A stretch of DNA of 64,000 nt from a virus: positions 17,329 through 81,328 of IMG/VR virus record IMGVR_UViG_3300046532_004322; one strand, given 5' to 3'. The notes under the pieces were generated by a model. It did no database searches, had not been told where the DNA came from, and worked only from the letters and a program-made list of their open reading frames with translations. Of this stretch, positions 20,466-33,500 are shown one piece after another. Position 1 is the first letter of the stretch; every line of letters begins with the position of its first letter. The position numbers and the translations under genes are program-made.

Positions 20466-22141
20466 TATACTATTTCATTAAAATATTGCTTTTCAAAACT
20501 TATTGAAATCATATTTCTTTCCTCTACTTTTGATATCTCATCTCTAGTTATTAATCCTTTATCCTTAATTACACCCATTAATGAACACTCAAGCTCTTCG
20601 GTTAGCTCGTTGATCGTGTTTCTAATTTTTAATTCCGCAATTACTGCATGATTTGTATTGTCATAAGTTCCAGAACAAGATATGGATATTAATCCTTTTT
20701 TGAATCCAGACCTAGATATGATAAACTTATCCATTCCTCCTCCAGCGTTATGTTTCAAGTTATAGCTTGGAGAAGGAAATGATACTGAAGAGGTGTGTTC
20801 AAAACTAGAAAACCCATCTGGTCTATCAGAAGTTTCGAATAAATAATTATAATGTATCTCCCCTCCCTTTCTGTTTTCGGTTACAGAATAAGATGACGGA
20901 GTGTCCTTTAGTTCGGAACTTGGAATTCTTTCCTCACAAGTCCCAGGGGTAGGAGTCGGAACAGGCTGTGATTGATAATATGATCCCAGCTCTGCTTTTG
21001 CATTTGAGAAAATATTAGATTTTATATTATTATAAAATTCATTTTCCACAAGGTTAAATCTTTTTGATATAGGGCCTCTTGAGGAAACTACCCCTGACAC
21101 CGAAACGCTCATTTTATCAGAAGAGTTTTCTATTGAATAATCAACTTTATTTGATACCCCGCAAGAATTAAAATTAAAATCATTATCAAATGCTATGTTG
21201 AAATTTATTCTTCCCCCCGCAGGGTCCTCAACTATGTTTTCTGTAATGGGAAAATTAACAAGGCTTTCTCCAGATTTACTTTCGGCTTCAGATAAAAATC
21301 CAAAATTCTTATATCTGCTCCTGACTTTTTCAAAATCTTCTTCTATTCCATACTCTATAGATCCAGCAATTTCAACTAAAGTAAATTTCCCAAAACTATT
21401 ACTCGTATTTACTGCGTATCTCATTACTCCAGAATCACTCGACCCCTGTGTTGCATCAGCTATGTATACCTCTTCTATGGAGTATGAGCTTTTTACCCTA
21501 TTAATCGACTCGCTTCTTTGAGTTAAGTATATCTTAAGTGATGGGCTCCCTTCTGGTAATAAAACATTTTCCTTCCCAGACCTACTTTCTACGAAATCTA
21601 TTGCATTTTGAAGAGCTGAAGAAATCGAAGATGTATTACTTCCAGATAGATTTCCATCCTGCAAGTTTATCCCTTCTGCTGATATGGATCTTTTTATTGT
21701 ATATTGTTCGCTTCCGTTTTTTAATGTTGATGTTTCATTAGAAGGATTTATTATTCCATAAAATTCATTATGAAGCTTCTCGTCAATACATTCTAACTCT
21801 ATGGAGTAATTTACCTGACCGACATATCTGGAATCGCTAAAGGATATACTTTTTACTTTTGCGAAATCTTTATTAAATATCTCAGTTCCAGATTCCTCTA
21901 TTACAAGGCTCTTGTAGTCCTCGCTGAAGGCGTCTATGATTGAAGTCCTTCTAGCTGTTAAAACCTCAAAATCATCACAATTCTCTTCGTCGTTATATAT
22001 TTGTCCAGATAAAACAATTGACTCACTAACTCCTTTTCTACTCCCCTCGAAAATAACGCTAGAACTCCTAGATACAAAAGGGGTGGGCATTCCATTTATC
22101 TTGAACGGATCAGATCCATTATATTTTACTAATACAGACAT
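20465..22141 (-). CDS. Putative tail tip protein
   Basis: Ser-rich beta-type sequence, synteny; resembles the adjacent 797-aa ORF. Confidence 0.5.
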   Translation of the reverse strand: MSVLVKYNGSDPFKINGMPTPFVSRSSSVIFEGSRKGVSESIVLSGQIYNDEENCDDFEVLTARRTSIIDAFSEDYKSLVIEESGTEIFNKDFAKVKSISFSDSRYVGQVNYSIELECIDEKLHNEFYGIINPSNETSTLKNGSEQYTIKRSISAEGINLQDGNLSGSNTSSISSALQNAIDFVESRSGKENVLLPEGSPSLKIYLTQRSESINRVKSSYSIEEVYIADATQGSSDSGVMRYAVNTSNSFGKFTLVEIAGSIEYGIEEDFEKVRSRYKNFGFLSEAESKSGESLVNFPITENIVEDPAGGRINFNIAFDNDFNFNSCGVSNKVDYSIENSSDKMSVSVSGVVSSRGPISKRFNLVENEFYNNIKSNIFSNAKAELGSYYQSQPVPTPTPGTCEERIPSSELKDTPSSYSVTENRKGGEIHYNYLFETSDRPDGFSSFEHTSSVSFPSPSYNLKHNAGGGMDKFIISRSGFKKGLISISCSGTYDNTNHAVIAELKIRNTINELTEELECSLMGVIKDKGLITRDEISKVEERNMISISFEKQYFNEIV

Positions 22142-22142
22142 A

Positions 22143-24536
22143 TTAAACAGGCGTTAAAGTTGAGGTCACGGACGGAGAGGTTGTTGGGGTAACTGTTATT
22201 GTAGGAGTAATATAAAACTCCCTTTCTAGAGGAGTAGGAGTCTGCGGTATCGGAGTATACGGAATACCACTATCAAAATCATAATTTGGTGTTGGTGTTG
22301 GAAAGTAAGTAAACTGAGAATCAATACTTGATAAATGCAATCCAAAACCAGGGGTTACCGTTGGTCTAGGAGCATTCTCACATTCCGATAGGTCTAAAAC
22401 CGCCCTATTGTATTTCAATGAATTACTTGAATTAGAAAAAGAAAAACTTTCTTCCGTTAAAAAGACCTCAGTTCCTGAAGGTACTGAAACAAGGGCTGAA
22501 TTTACACCATGCATTAACCCTTTTTCTTCTAATTTTTCTTTTGTTTTTTCTAGTATTAAAGATATACTCTTTCCTGCGAACCCTACGGATGATATTGATA
22601 TTTTTCTCTCCACAGGGACCACCAAGTCTCCCAGTAATTGAGCGACATTAATACATCCTATTTTAAAGTCATTAAATTTTTGCAATACCTTGGATTCAGA
22701 AACTTCAATCTCAAAAGATTTTATTATTCCGTTGGACATCTCCTCTTGACCATCTTCATTTGAATATACATAAGAATAATTTATTGCCCCCGCATGCATA
22801 CTTAAGTTTATTGATTTTTCTTTTTGGTAAAATGTTGTCTTCGTATTTGGATCAAGAGCTATAACATTAAATTTTACATCATTTATATTCGATACGATAT
22901 TTGGCTCTATATCATTTGTGAATGCATTTTTTGCGTTTAAATATCTTTGGCTTATTACATCTCCACCACCCGTTATGTTTCCCTCTTGTGATATTGTAAA
23001 ATTTCCACCAGAATGAGATATTTGATACTTTTCTTCATGAAAATAATTTTCACTTTCTTGTTTGGGATGGTCGGAAAATGCAAAACTTATCTCCGCAGAG
23101 CAATCGAAAGAATTTCTAACTATTCTTTTCGATATCGGATTAATTGATAAGGATGCCGTGGATATAGGGGTTTTTTCAACACCCTCACAACCATATTCAA
23201 AACTAGAGGAATAAGATGAATACTTCTCAGCACATCTTGACCTCGTCCCACCTAATAAATTTTCTATTACCTTATCTAAATTAGAATCACTTTTATTCTG
23301 AAGTATTTTTACGAAACAAGATTCTTCAATCGTTATTTCTCCGCTAACATCCATGTTCAATGATGTATTTCTTTTTACCGAATGATCTTTATCCATTCCT
23401 GGCGTAGGAGTAATAAAAGATCCTTCCATCTTATTTATTAGCCTTGCATAAGATATTGATCTTGTCCTTTGGTAACTAAGGTTGGACTCATTGAAGTTTT
23501 CTTCTGTTTCTTGGTTTTCCCAATTTGAAGAGTATTGATATATTCCAGAATGATCTCCTGCCATTAATCCATATACAGGATTGCTATTCATAAATAATGT
23601 TGAAATAGTCCTACTTCTTTCGATTGACGTATCTGATTTCTTAAAGAGTTTTATGTTCTTATAAAACGCATTTTTCCCAGCAGGAGAAAATAATTTGATA
23701 GTTATACTTGATGATGAAGTGGTAAACTCTATCTTGTGATGACCTCTTCTTGAGAAATCTTTTTGAACTTCTGACCCAGAGCCCAAATCTATAACCGCTT
23801 TTGACTCGGTTTTGATCGATGGAGATTCATCTATACCCAGGAAATCAAAAGATAATATATAATCTTCACCTACATCCAAAGAGCTTTTTGATAGGTTTGA
23901 ATTTTCCCATTGAGCGGAACCGTCCGCCTGCACCTTTAATGAAGCTTTTGCCCTATTTCCTAAGTTTGCTAATTTATTGTTTTGCTTCTGACCATTAGCC
24001 CACTGCGCAATATCTTTGGAAATTATACTTTTTGATTCCAAAAACAAACAAGATACGGAGTGATTTATTGACATCTGAGAATTATTGTCTTCCGAAAAAT
24101 TCATCGATTCATCAAAAGAAGAAAGATATCTCAAGTCCTCCTTTCTGACCAAAGATTGCTTCGATTCGTCAAACTCCAAATCATTACCACCTCCTGAAAA
24201 TTCTATATCAGATAGGTTTTTTTCTTCGTATATCGTTAAGCTTATTTTATATTCAGCAGTCCTTATGAATTCTCCATCTACTGAAAAGCTTTCTATAAAT
24301 CCTTCACCAAGGTTTATCCCATTAATAATAACATCTTGATGATCATGCGAAGCGGACTCTAAGAATTCCTCGGAAGCTTCGATATTGCCTTTTACTCCGT
24401 TTGAATTATTTAAATCAAGAAGAAGCCCAGTAACTCCAACTACCTTCTTGTTTTTAAACGTTAATCCATTTTCGCCAAACTTCTGATTCTCTTGACTATA
24501 AGATAATAACGTTGCATCTGAAAAATCTAAAGCCAT
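22143..24536 (-). CDS. Putative distal tail protein with Thr/Pro-rich C-terminus
   Basis: Directly downstream of the tape measure gene. Confidence 0.5.
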   Translation of the reverse strand: MALDFSDATLLSYSQENQKFGENGLTFKNKKVVGVTGLLLDLNNSNGVKGNIEASEEFLESASHDHQDVIINGINLGEGFIESFSVDGEFIRTAEYKISLTIYEEKNLSDIEFSGGGNDLEFDESKQSLVRKEDLRYLSSFDESMNFSEDNNSQMSINHSVSCLFLESKSIISKDIAQWANGQKQNNKLANLGNRAKASLKVQADGSAQWENSNLSKSSLDVGEDYILSFDFLGIDESPSIKTESKAVIDLGSGSEVQKDFSRRGHHKIEFTTSSSSITIKLFSPAGKNAFYKNIKLFKKSDTSIERSRTISTLFMNSNPVYGLMAGDHSGIYQYSSNWENQETEENFNESNLSYQRTRSISYARLINKMEGSFITPTPGMDKDHSVKRNTSLNMDVSGEITIEESCFVKILQNKSDSNLDKVIENLLGGTRSRCAEKYSSYSSSFEYGCEGVEKTPISTASLSINPISKRIVRNSFDCSAEISFAFSDHPKQESENYFHEEKYQISHSGGNFTISQEGNITGGGDVISQRYLNAKNAFTNDIEPNIVSNINDVKFNVIALDPNTKTTFYQKEKSINLSMHAGAINYSYVYSNEDGQEEMSNGIIKSFEIEVSESKVLQKFNDFKIGCINVAQLLGDLVVPVERKISISSVGFAGKSISLILEKTKEKLEEKGLMHGVNSALVSVPSGTEVFLTEESFSFSNSSNSLKYNRAVLDLSECENAPRPTVTPGFGLHLSSIDSQFTYFPTPTPNYDFDSGIPYTPIPQTPTPLEREFYITPTITVTPTTSPSVTSTLTPV

Positions 24537-24574
24537 AATATATTATTATAATAAAAACATTCAAAAAATAAAGC

Positions 24575-27500
24575 TTAATTTATTTGATCAGGCCTTATAT
24601 TAAGCCTTCCTTCAAGCGCCCTAGCCATAACTTCACTTATAATTGGATCGAGGAGCATATTTTTTAATTGATCGAACATTACTGGACCTAAAGCCTGAGA
24701 GAACATTTCGGTATTGAAATCCAATGTAACATTTCCAGTTATTCCATGGTTAAAAATTACAGACTCCAATTCGTTCTTCATTGCCTTAGGTAATTCATTT
24801 ATTGATTCAGAGACCTTATTGACCCCTTCTGTTGCCGCTTGATCTATTTGATTTACCTTTCCATCTTTTCCTACTTCATGAATAGTATGGTCCGCCCCAG
24901 GAGTGGACGCAATATACGGGCTCGGCGGCATGACATTTTCTTGAGTATCGTGAATAAACGGACCGCCCTGAACTGGACTCCGAAGAGACCCGCCCCACGA
25001 TGTTGCTCTTCGAGAGCCTGAATTTGAAACAGGGGAGAACGTCGGCATCGTGGGGGCGGTGACGGAGGGTTGATTGATTGCCTGGGTTCCTTTGTCGAAC
25101 CAAGCCTTCCAGCTCTCCTTCATTTTCTCGATCTCAAGTACAAACCCCTTCTCATCTTTTGCCCACTGGGGTATATTTAATTGCCCGTAACCACTGACGT
25201 CAACATCCGCTTGTTTTAAGAAATCGCGCTGTTCGGGCTTTAACATCTGCGTAACTCCATCGTTATCCCCCGCTTTTCTAACCATTTTGTCTTGTAATAT
25301 CGAATCGATTTGAACATTCTCGATATTGTCATAACTTTTTAATAAAGCTTCGATATTGTCTTTCAAAATTCCAAAGTTGTCTTGTTGGGAAGCTTGTCGT
25401 TGCCCGTAACCAGGTGCAAGGTGGGGCGAGTCGGTGCCAAGAACGGGGGGCATATCCCCTATGCCCATATTTTCGAATTTAGTTGCCTCTATGGGCCAAA
25501 GACCAGCCGAAGGGGCATTACCTTTATTCTTTAGTTTCGTAAAATGAGGCAGACTTGCCACCCGATTTTGTTGCTCTCTGATTATTTTTGTAGCCAATTT
25601 TATCGTATCATTCTTTGGTGTCAATGTCGAAAGCCAACGCGGGTCCTCTCCCTTGTCTGCAAGGTTCTGCGTCCGCCAGTTCGGCTTTGATTTTAGGAGT
25701 TCTAGTTTTCTTGCTAAATTTGAAACTAAATCATTGGTGAGTATGTCACCGTTAGCGTCCTTCGCCTCTTCACTCAATGCAGCCAGAAAATGCAGGTTTT
25801 TTGTTTGCGCAGGTAGTTTCTCTAGATCCGTCCCTGCTTTATTAAGCGGGTCGTCACTCCCTGCAAACTGACTTATTGGACCTGCTTTAGGATCGCCCAA
25901 GTGCCATTTTGTCACTTGCTTGCGATTACGCTTCCAATAGGGGTCCCTTACCTCCTGAAACCCCGTTTGCCCGCTTTTCCCTCTTACACCTGAAACCTTA
26001 ACTGGGGCAAAAACTGTCGGTGTCTCGCGTTTTTTCTTAGCCTCAGCCGCACTAGCAGCTCTATCGCCTGCAGAGTCGGTCTTCTCGCCCAAATCTTGTT
26101 TTACCGAATCTCCTAACATGGAACTTATTGAATTCGCTATTCCAGTAGCTATTCCACTTTGAGAAGTCGTGCTTATATTTATCCCGCTATTACTAGCTAA
26201 TTTGAAAAGACTTTCAGTATTATCGGCAATACTAAGAGTGGATGCTAGCATTTTTCCATTATCAGACAAAGAATCAGAAAGTTCGCCTCCATATCCAATA
26301 TTATTAAACTGACTCTTCTGCATCTGATCTACCGAGTCTATATTGGCAAACGCAACTTTTTTTCTTTTTTCGAGAAAGTCGATAAGCGGATCTCCATCAG
26401 GTCCGATGTCCTTATCCATCTTTTCTATATTTCTATTAATCTTAGCTTTTCTCTGATCCAGTCCAGTCCTCCCAGTCAATCCCGATAAATTTATTCCTAA
26501 CGATTCCTCAAGAAAAGCTTGAGATTGCGAATTAATTGCTTCGTTCTCTTTTTCCGAAACGGTCCTACCTAATCCTTTAACAAATTTAGATCTTTCTCCC
26601 TTGCGATTCAATCCCCCAGTTCTTATCGCATCGTTTAACTTCGTCGTATCATTAGTGCCTAAAATAGAACTTCCCATTTTGTTGATAAATTTGGCATCCA
26701 ATTCCAGCATTTTATTTCTATTTTCTGATTTTAATTGATTTAATTGGGCGGAAAATACTGCACCGTTTCTCAGTTCTATATTTCTCATGTCAGTCTGTAT
26801 CCTGTTGGAATATTCATTACTACTATTAAGAGTTTCAAGAAATCCCTTTATTTCTACTAGTGTAACGTTACCATCTGCATTTTGCTTCATGAAATCAGTG
26901 AATTTATTTGTAAATTCTTCGCGCTCAGGACGCTCTTTCTTTTCGTTTTCTTTTTTCTCTCTTTCTAAAAATGTCCCTTCATCCTTCTCTGCACTCAATC
27001 CTTTATCCTTAAGTATTTGATTCATGTCAATTAATGAATTTGGATCGGCGCCCTTAAGTAATCTTTCCATCATTGAGCTTCTGAGTTCTTGATTATTTGA
27101 ATCTCTAGCTATAATATTTTGAAGAGTATTTGATCTTGATACCTTTTCTCTTTCAGTTATAGCACCAACAGAGGATAATATATTATTTTTTCCTGAAAAA
27201 TCCCGTTCTATGGTATCCCTATTTATCGACCTTACTCGTTCAACGGTTTCCCTATTTTTATTAAAATCTTCAATAGCAAAATTTAACAACCTGACTTCTT
27301 TAATTAAAGATTTTAACTCATCTTCAATATTCTTTACTTTTGTCGCGTTTTTAGAGTTTGAATCAGCGTTGCTATCCAAGCTTTCTATTAATTTTTCCTG
27401 AGTTTGTATTTGTTCCTTCATCATTAACAAATTCTCTTTGGAAAGATTGTTTTCTGAAGGATCTATTATCCCCTCAACTATTTTATCAGCGGCAGCACTC

Positions 27501-30500
27501 TGCCCTCCATCTCTCAAAGCCTTTATGAAACTACTATTATTAAGTTTGTCTTTAGCATTCTTCTCCTCAAGATCACTTAAGTGGCCTTTCATAATACTGG
27601 CATTTTCCAAATCATCTTTGTCTCCATATAGCAACTTATTTTGATCGACACCTTTTCCGAATCTATTTCCTCGAATAGATCCCCTTAATATATCAAGCCT
27701 AGCTTCCTCCAAATTGCCAAAATCTTTCTGCATACTTGTCAAGGTCTCTCTTGCCGACTCTACTGCCGCCTGATCTTGAAAATCCTTACTAAACTCATCA
27801 AATGTTTGATCAAAACTTCCACCAGTTCGTGCTGCTAATACTTTCTTCCTATCAAATTCTTCTTGAGTTATCTCAGCTACGCTTTTTGTATTGGCTTGTT
27901 TGAAATTTGCTTTTAATTTCGAAGCAAAGTCTTTTGATTCCGATTCGTCCCATCTTGCACTGTCTAATTTTGCAGTCATGCCTCCCGCCCCAAACCAACT
28001 CGTCGGATCCATCCCCTCAGTCACTCCCGCCCCACTTCTCCATTGTGAAACCGCCGAAGATAAGCCAGCCGAGGGAAGAAATAGACCATAATCCACAAGC
28101 ATCTCCCCTGCGGACGACATTACACTTTTTTCCCTTTCTATTCCCGCCGATACGGCAGTTCCTATTTCCAGTGCATTCTTAGCGTTCTTGGCATTATTTT
28201 CAGCATCTTTAAGTACTCCTGATAAAGCCTCTATTTGATCCGAGAAGCTCATTGTTCCATTGGTTATACTATTTAATTTGTCAATTACGGAAGGATCAAC
28301 AATTGAAGCTATTGATTCACTCATGAGCTTTTGACCTTCTTTTATTTTTGTAATATCTCCAGATTTAAATGCATCATTTAATCCTTGCACTCCTTCCCTG
28401 TATTTAATCATGGCTTGGAGGTCTTTTAATTTTTCGTCTAATTTATCTTTTCCTTTTGAAAGGTCTTCCCCTATATCAGATAAAGCTTTGTTGTCTTTCC
28501 AATTCATCGCCGAATCCGCAGCTCCGTATGCCGCGCCACCAAGAGCACCAAAAGCCATTCCTGGCGTCCCAAGCATTGCTCCAAATCCAGCGCCCATCAG
28601 AGCACTTGAACCCATATTCTTAACAGCTCCTCCGAGACTCCCTCTGCCTTTCGCTGTTTGTCCAGCGTCAATTTGTTGTGAAATCATAGGCCCCATAAAC
28701 ATAGCTGCCATAGTCATTTGCGACATGCTCGCGTCCGTTTTCGCTTTTTGTTTCTCCCATTTGTCCCTTCTTTTTGCGAATTTATTTTTCGATTCGGAAT
28801 ATTTTTTACCGCGACTCGCTGGTATCGTCCGACCACCTGGCAGCTTACGACTTGGTCTATAGTTAGGGTTAATATTCCTTGTGGGTTGCGAGCCAGGCCT
28901 TAAGCCTTTAAGGAAACCCATTCCAAACCTAAAATTAGGAACAAAACCTTCACTCATACCATGAGCTTTAGGATCTATTCCCATTGCCATTGATCTATTT
29001 ATTCCCTGACCCAAACCAAACCTTTCATCCACCCTATTTGTTATCGCAAAACCTCCAGGATTAAGCCTATGATCTACAAGCTTCGGACTTCTTTCCATCC
29101 TTATCGCGCTAGAAGGAATACCCCTTTTCCTTAGGGCGGACTTTTCTCTATTATATGCATTTTCCAATGGATTTGAAAAGCTTGGAATATATCCTCCAGA
29201 GAAAAACCCTTGAAAGATATCGTCCATTTTATCTAAATGGAGTTTCTCGGAAATTTTTTGTAGTTTTTGCGATTTATCTACAGCCCAAACGAAACCAGCT
29301 TCGTCCACTCGCCTATTTGCCGCCTTACGCTTCCTAGTGCCACTTAAAAAACCATCTTTATTAAATCTTCTAAACTTTCTTCCTGGACGGGCAAAATTCG
29401 GAACAAAACCTCCAGCTGCTCCACCTTTTAATTTTGACGCATGACGGAGTATTTTAAGCTTTTGTTGCGTATTGCCTATGTTATCCATTGATCTTGCCAT
29501 ATAATCATTTTGATCTTGAAATTTTTTGGGATTGTTCCTGAGTATTAATGCTTGATCTTGTAATAATTTTGCAATTTCTTTTTCTCCTATCTCACCCCTT
29601 CTAATACCATCTATGTAGGATTGTGTAAGATTGTTTTTTCCAGGATGAGGACTTCCCGCTCCAGGATGGCGATTCCCTCCCCCTCTGGCAAAGTTGGGAA
29701 TAAAACCACCAGCTCTACCTCGACGGGGAGTACTTGATTTTTTTTTATGCCCATATGGGTTAGCTTTTATTTCAGCAGCTCTCTTAAGAGCTTTCATCGC
29801 ATCATCTATAAAACTACTGGTGTAAGGAGTAACGCCTCCTCGCTTCTGCCTTCCTATTCCTCGCCTGCGTTCTTTCTTAGCTTTTTCAAGAATCTCGGCT
29901 TCAGATAAATCTGGAAATTTCGCTCGCAAATCTTTTAAAGCATCAACTCCTGCTTTATGCCCTGAATCTACAGGCATTGGTCGATCCGAGCGTCTATAAA
30001 TATGACTTTTATCACTAAGACCTTTCTCCCTAAGACCTTTCGTGATTTCCGCGTCAGACATTCTTGGGTTTACCGCCTTTTTTATCTCAAACGCCCTTTT
30101 AAAATCTCTTGATTCCTGATTGTTTTCAAATTTTCGTTCGTTAGAGTAAACCATAACTCCGCTCCCTGTTTGAAAAATTTTATCTTGATATTTATGCCTT
30201 TCAGGCTGTCCATAATAATTCTTGCCCTTCCCTTTATCAAAAACAGTATCCCATTCTTTCATCCCCTTGTTGAATTTTACCCTTTGCTCAGCTTTTTTCT
30301 TGTCGCGAACAAACTTCTTTTGTCTCTTTAAATATTTTTTGTGGGTTTTTTTGACTCTCTTTTGAAATTCCGCATTTCGTTTACTTATATGCTTACTCAT
30401 GAAATACGCCATAATAGCAGCAGGAGGAAGACTCATAGCTGCCCCACCAAGTATTCCTCCAGCTGTAGATAAAGCACTTCCTCCAGCGACCATTTTCAAA

Positions 30501-33500
30501 AAAGCACCGAATCCTAATTTTGACCCAACAGCTCCTCCTACTCCGACCCCTGTTCCAACCCCTGTTCCAACTCCAACCCCTGTTCCAACCCCTGTTCCAA
30601 CTCCTACCCCTGTTCCAACCCCTGTTCCAACTCCTACCCCTGTCCCAATTAATGAAGCTAAATACTTCCCGCCCAAAACCCCTCCTCCAAATAATCCCGC
30701 TCCAATACCTGTAAGGGCTAATCCTTTTCCTTTCCCTTTCATCATTGACTTCATAAACGCAGCTCCACTTGACCCCCATTCACCTGCGTGACTGCCAGCC
30801 ATACGCAAGTTCTGCATCCCGCTTGATCCAGCTTCACCCGCCATCTGACCCATAAATCCCAGACCTTTCATCCCAAGCTTGCCAGTATCTTCAGCTCTTC
30901 TCATTCCCCAATTGAGACTCCTTGATCCTAAGTCTCCCATTCTATTCCAAATTGTTTTTTTCGACCCCTGCCTAAGCTTGCTTTTCCTTACCTCCTTCAT
31001 CCTTCTCTTTTGCAACTCGTTCATAGCTTTTTCGCTACCACCAGAACTCTTGTCGCCTTTAGTATCATAGCCTGGTATGATTTTTCCAAATATACTTTTG
31101 GCATTCAAATTTGAAAAACTACCAATTCCCTTAATTTTATCAGATAACCAGCTATTAAATTTATCCTTAATCCCAACCTTTCCCTTATTCTTTTCACGAT
31201 AACCCGATAATTGATCCTTCGTATTCATGAAAGCCAATTGTAACTGAGTTATTAATCCTGGTTTTCCAGGTTTTCTTCTAGAATCCCCTTCTGATTTGCG
31301 ACCAAAAAGATTACTATCTATTTCAAATGGCGGAGTTAGCTTAAACATATTTTTTAAACTTTCCCATTTCTCCTTTCGCCTTTTCGACCTATCTCTCCCC
31401 CTTCTTTTCCTTTTGAGTCTTGCAGCCTCAAGATTCCTTCCTTTATTCCTTTTGTGTCGAGCCTTTTCCTCCAAACGTTCTTCTTCAATCATTGTAGACA
31501 TCTTGGATGTTGAGGTATCGTATATTTGATCTGCACCATAAGCGTCAAATATATATCTAGCTTGATTAGCTCCCGCCTTAATACCCCTCATTACTCCGCC
31601 CCCAACCGTTTTTCCTCCATGATAAATATCAGAAAGAACATTTGCACCTCCAGAAATTAACTTTCCAGCAGAGTCCATAAATACGTGTTTTCCAGCCTTG
31701 GCTCTTCCTGCGATTTTCTTATTATCTTTTTCTTTCTTCGCTAAATGATCCCTACGTTTGATATCTTCTGGGTTTAAAGGAGACTGGTATTTGTAATTTG
31801 CCTTGTTTAACCGCCTTAGTTCAGCAAGTTCCTTATTCGCTCTGTTTGCTATATTTTTTTGGTGCTGAATCCTTTCTTTTTTCTTTTCTTGAGATGTTTT
31901 TCTTTCTTCTGGAGTCATCGAATGCCAGTTATACAATCTAGCCAGCTTTCCACCCCTCGTTTCTTTTCCATCTTTCCCTCCATACCCCATAATCTTGAAA
32001 AATCTTTCTCCCAATGATAGTTTTCCCCTTTGAGCCTCATTGGCTAAGGTCGTCGCATCTTGAGCGCCCCTCTTCCCACTGAAAGCTCTCGCATTTGGCC
32101 CTTGAGCGACATGGCTCACCATCAAGCCTTTCACTAATTCATCTATGCCTATATTTTGCGCCCCAGTTATTCCGCCTTTTAGTAAATTATCAAACCCGCT
32201 TCTCGTAATTTGCGGAATTCCGTGTTTTAAATCCTTTTTTCCCCAATTTATAAAATCAAATAATCCAGCAGGCGTTCTTGTTTTGAAATCAGCATTATTC
32301 GAATTCCCAGAACCAATAAGTCTCTTGGACATTCCTAATACCTCATTTTTCATAGCCATTTTTTGAGGATCTATAAAAACGTTCCCAAAAAGACCCCTGA
32401 TCTTTCCAGATAGTCCTTCATTATATAAGGAAATGGATTTTATTCTATCGTTTAGTCGATCCAGCATTTTTCCCTGCAAGTCTTTATTGTTTGAAATTCC
32501 TAGCTGAATATGCTTATTGTTTGAAGGATTAGGTATTGCATTTCGCATTCCTGGCGAGCCAGGGGCATTTTCTACTGGACCCAAAAATCTTACCGATCCC
32601 TTTTTATTATCTATGTCCACTTGAATATCTTTACTTCTCAAGTCATTAATAAATCCCTCCGTCCCTTTTCCTCCACGAAGAATTTCTTTTTCTAATAAAT
32701 CATCAATAAATCCATACCCGCTCGCTTGCGTTCCCCCGCTTGTTTTTCCGCCTGCAAAATTTGGTATATATCCTGACGCACCATTATAATTATATCTGGC
32801 GTCTTCTTTATATGCGGACGCCCAAGGGTCGATTTTTGAAGAATTTGATGAAACCTTAGACTCTAAAGAAGCGACTCTTGACTCCAGGCTTGATACCCTT
32901 GCGGTATTCCCCGCCGATGAAACCACTCCAACCCGTCCTGCGAACCCAGCTGTTTTAATATTTGAATCTAAATTAATTGGCGATTTAGTTCTGGAATTTA
33001 AGCGTGGATTATAATACCAATTATCCCCCGCTCTTTGATAAACTGGTTGTGCTATTCCACCCACTACCCTAGTTGTTCTTGCCCCTCTTTGCTCTTGAAC
33101 CTTCATGCTTTGAGCTTTCCTATAAGCCCTTGTACCCTTTCCTCCACTCTTCCGTGTCGGACCCTTTCCTTTCCGCCTCCAATGCATCGCACCTTTTGCA
33201 AAATTAGGAACGAACCCGTCGTCCATATTTGGAATAAATCCTTCGCTCATGTTTGCAATAGCTTTATCCGTATGACCTAATTGCTTAAGTCTTGATGTTG
33301 CGGAAGTCCACCCATGCAGCGAACCCATTCCTGCTCTTGTTCGTTTAAAGCCAGCTTTAATATGCCCTTTTTCTAGTTCGGCTCGATCTTCCGCCCCCGA
33401 TTCTATCCGTTTGTTTGCGTTATGTACAAGATTACTCTTGCCCTTCTCTCCAGTTTTATTATATAGAGTGAATATTTTTTTCACCATACTAGCTCTTGAA

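Noticed and set aside
30393-30791. Alternative-frame ORFs with PTPVPT / GWNR / QPLF repeats
   Set aside because: Shadows of the (GVGTGV)n repeat in the tape measure gene
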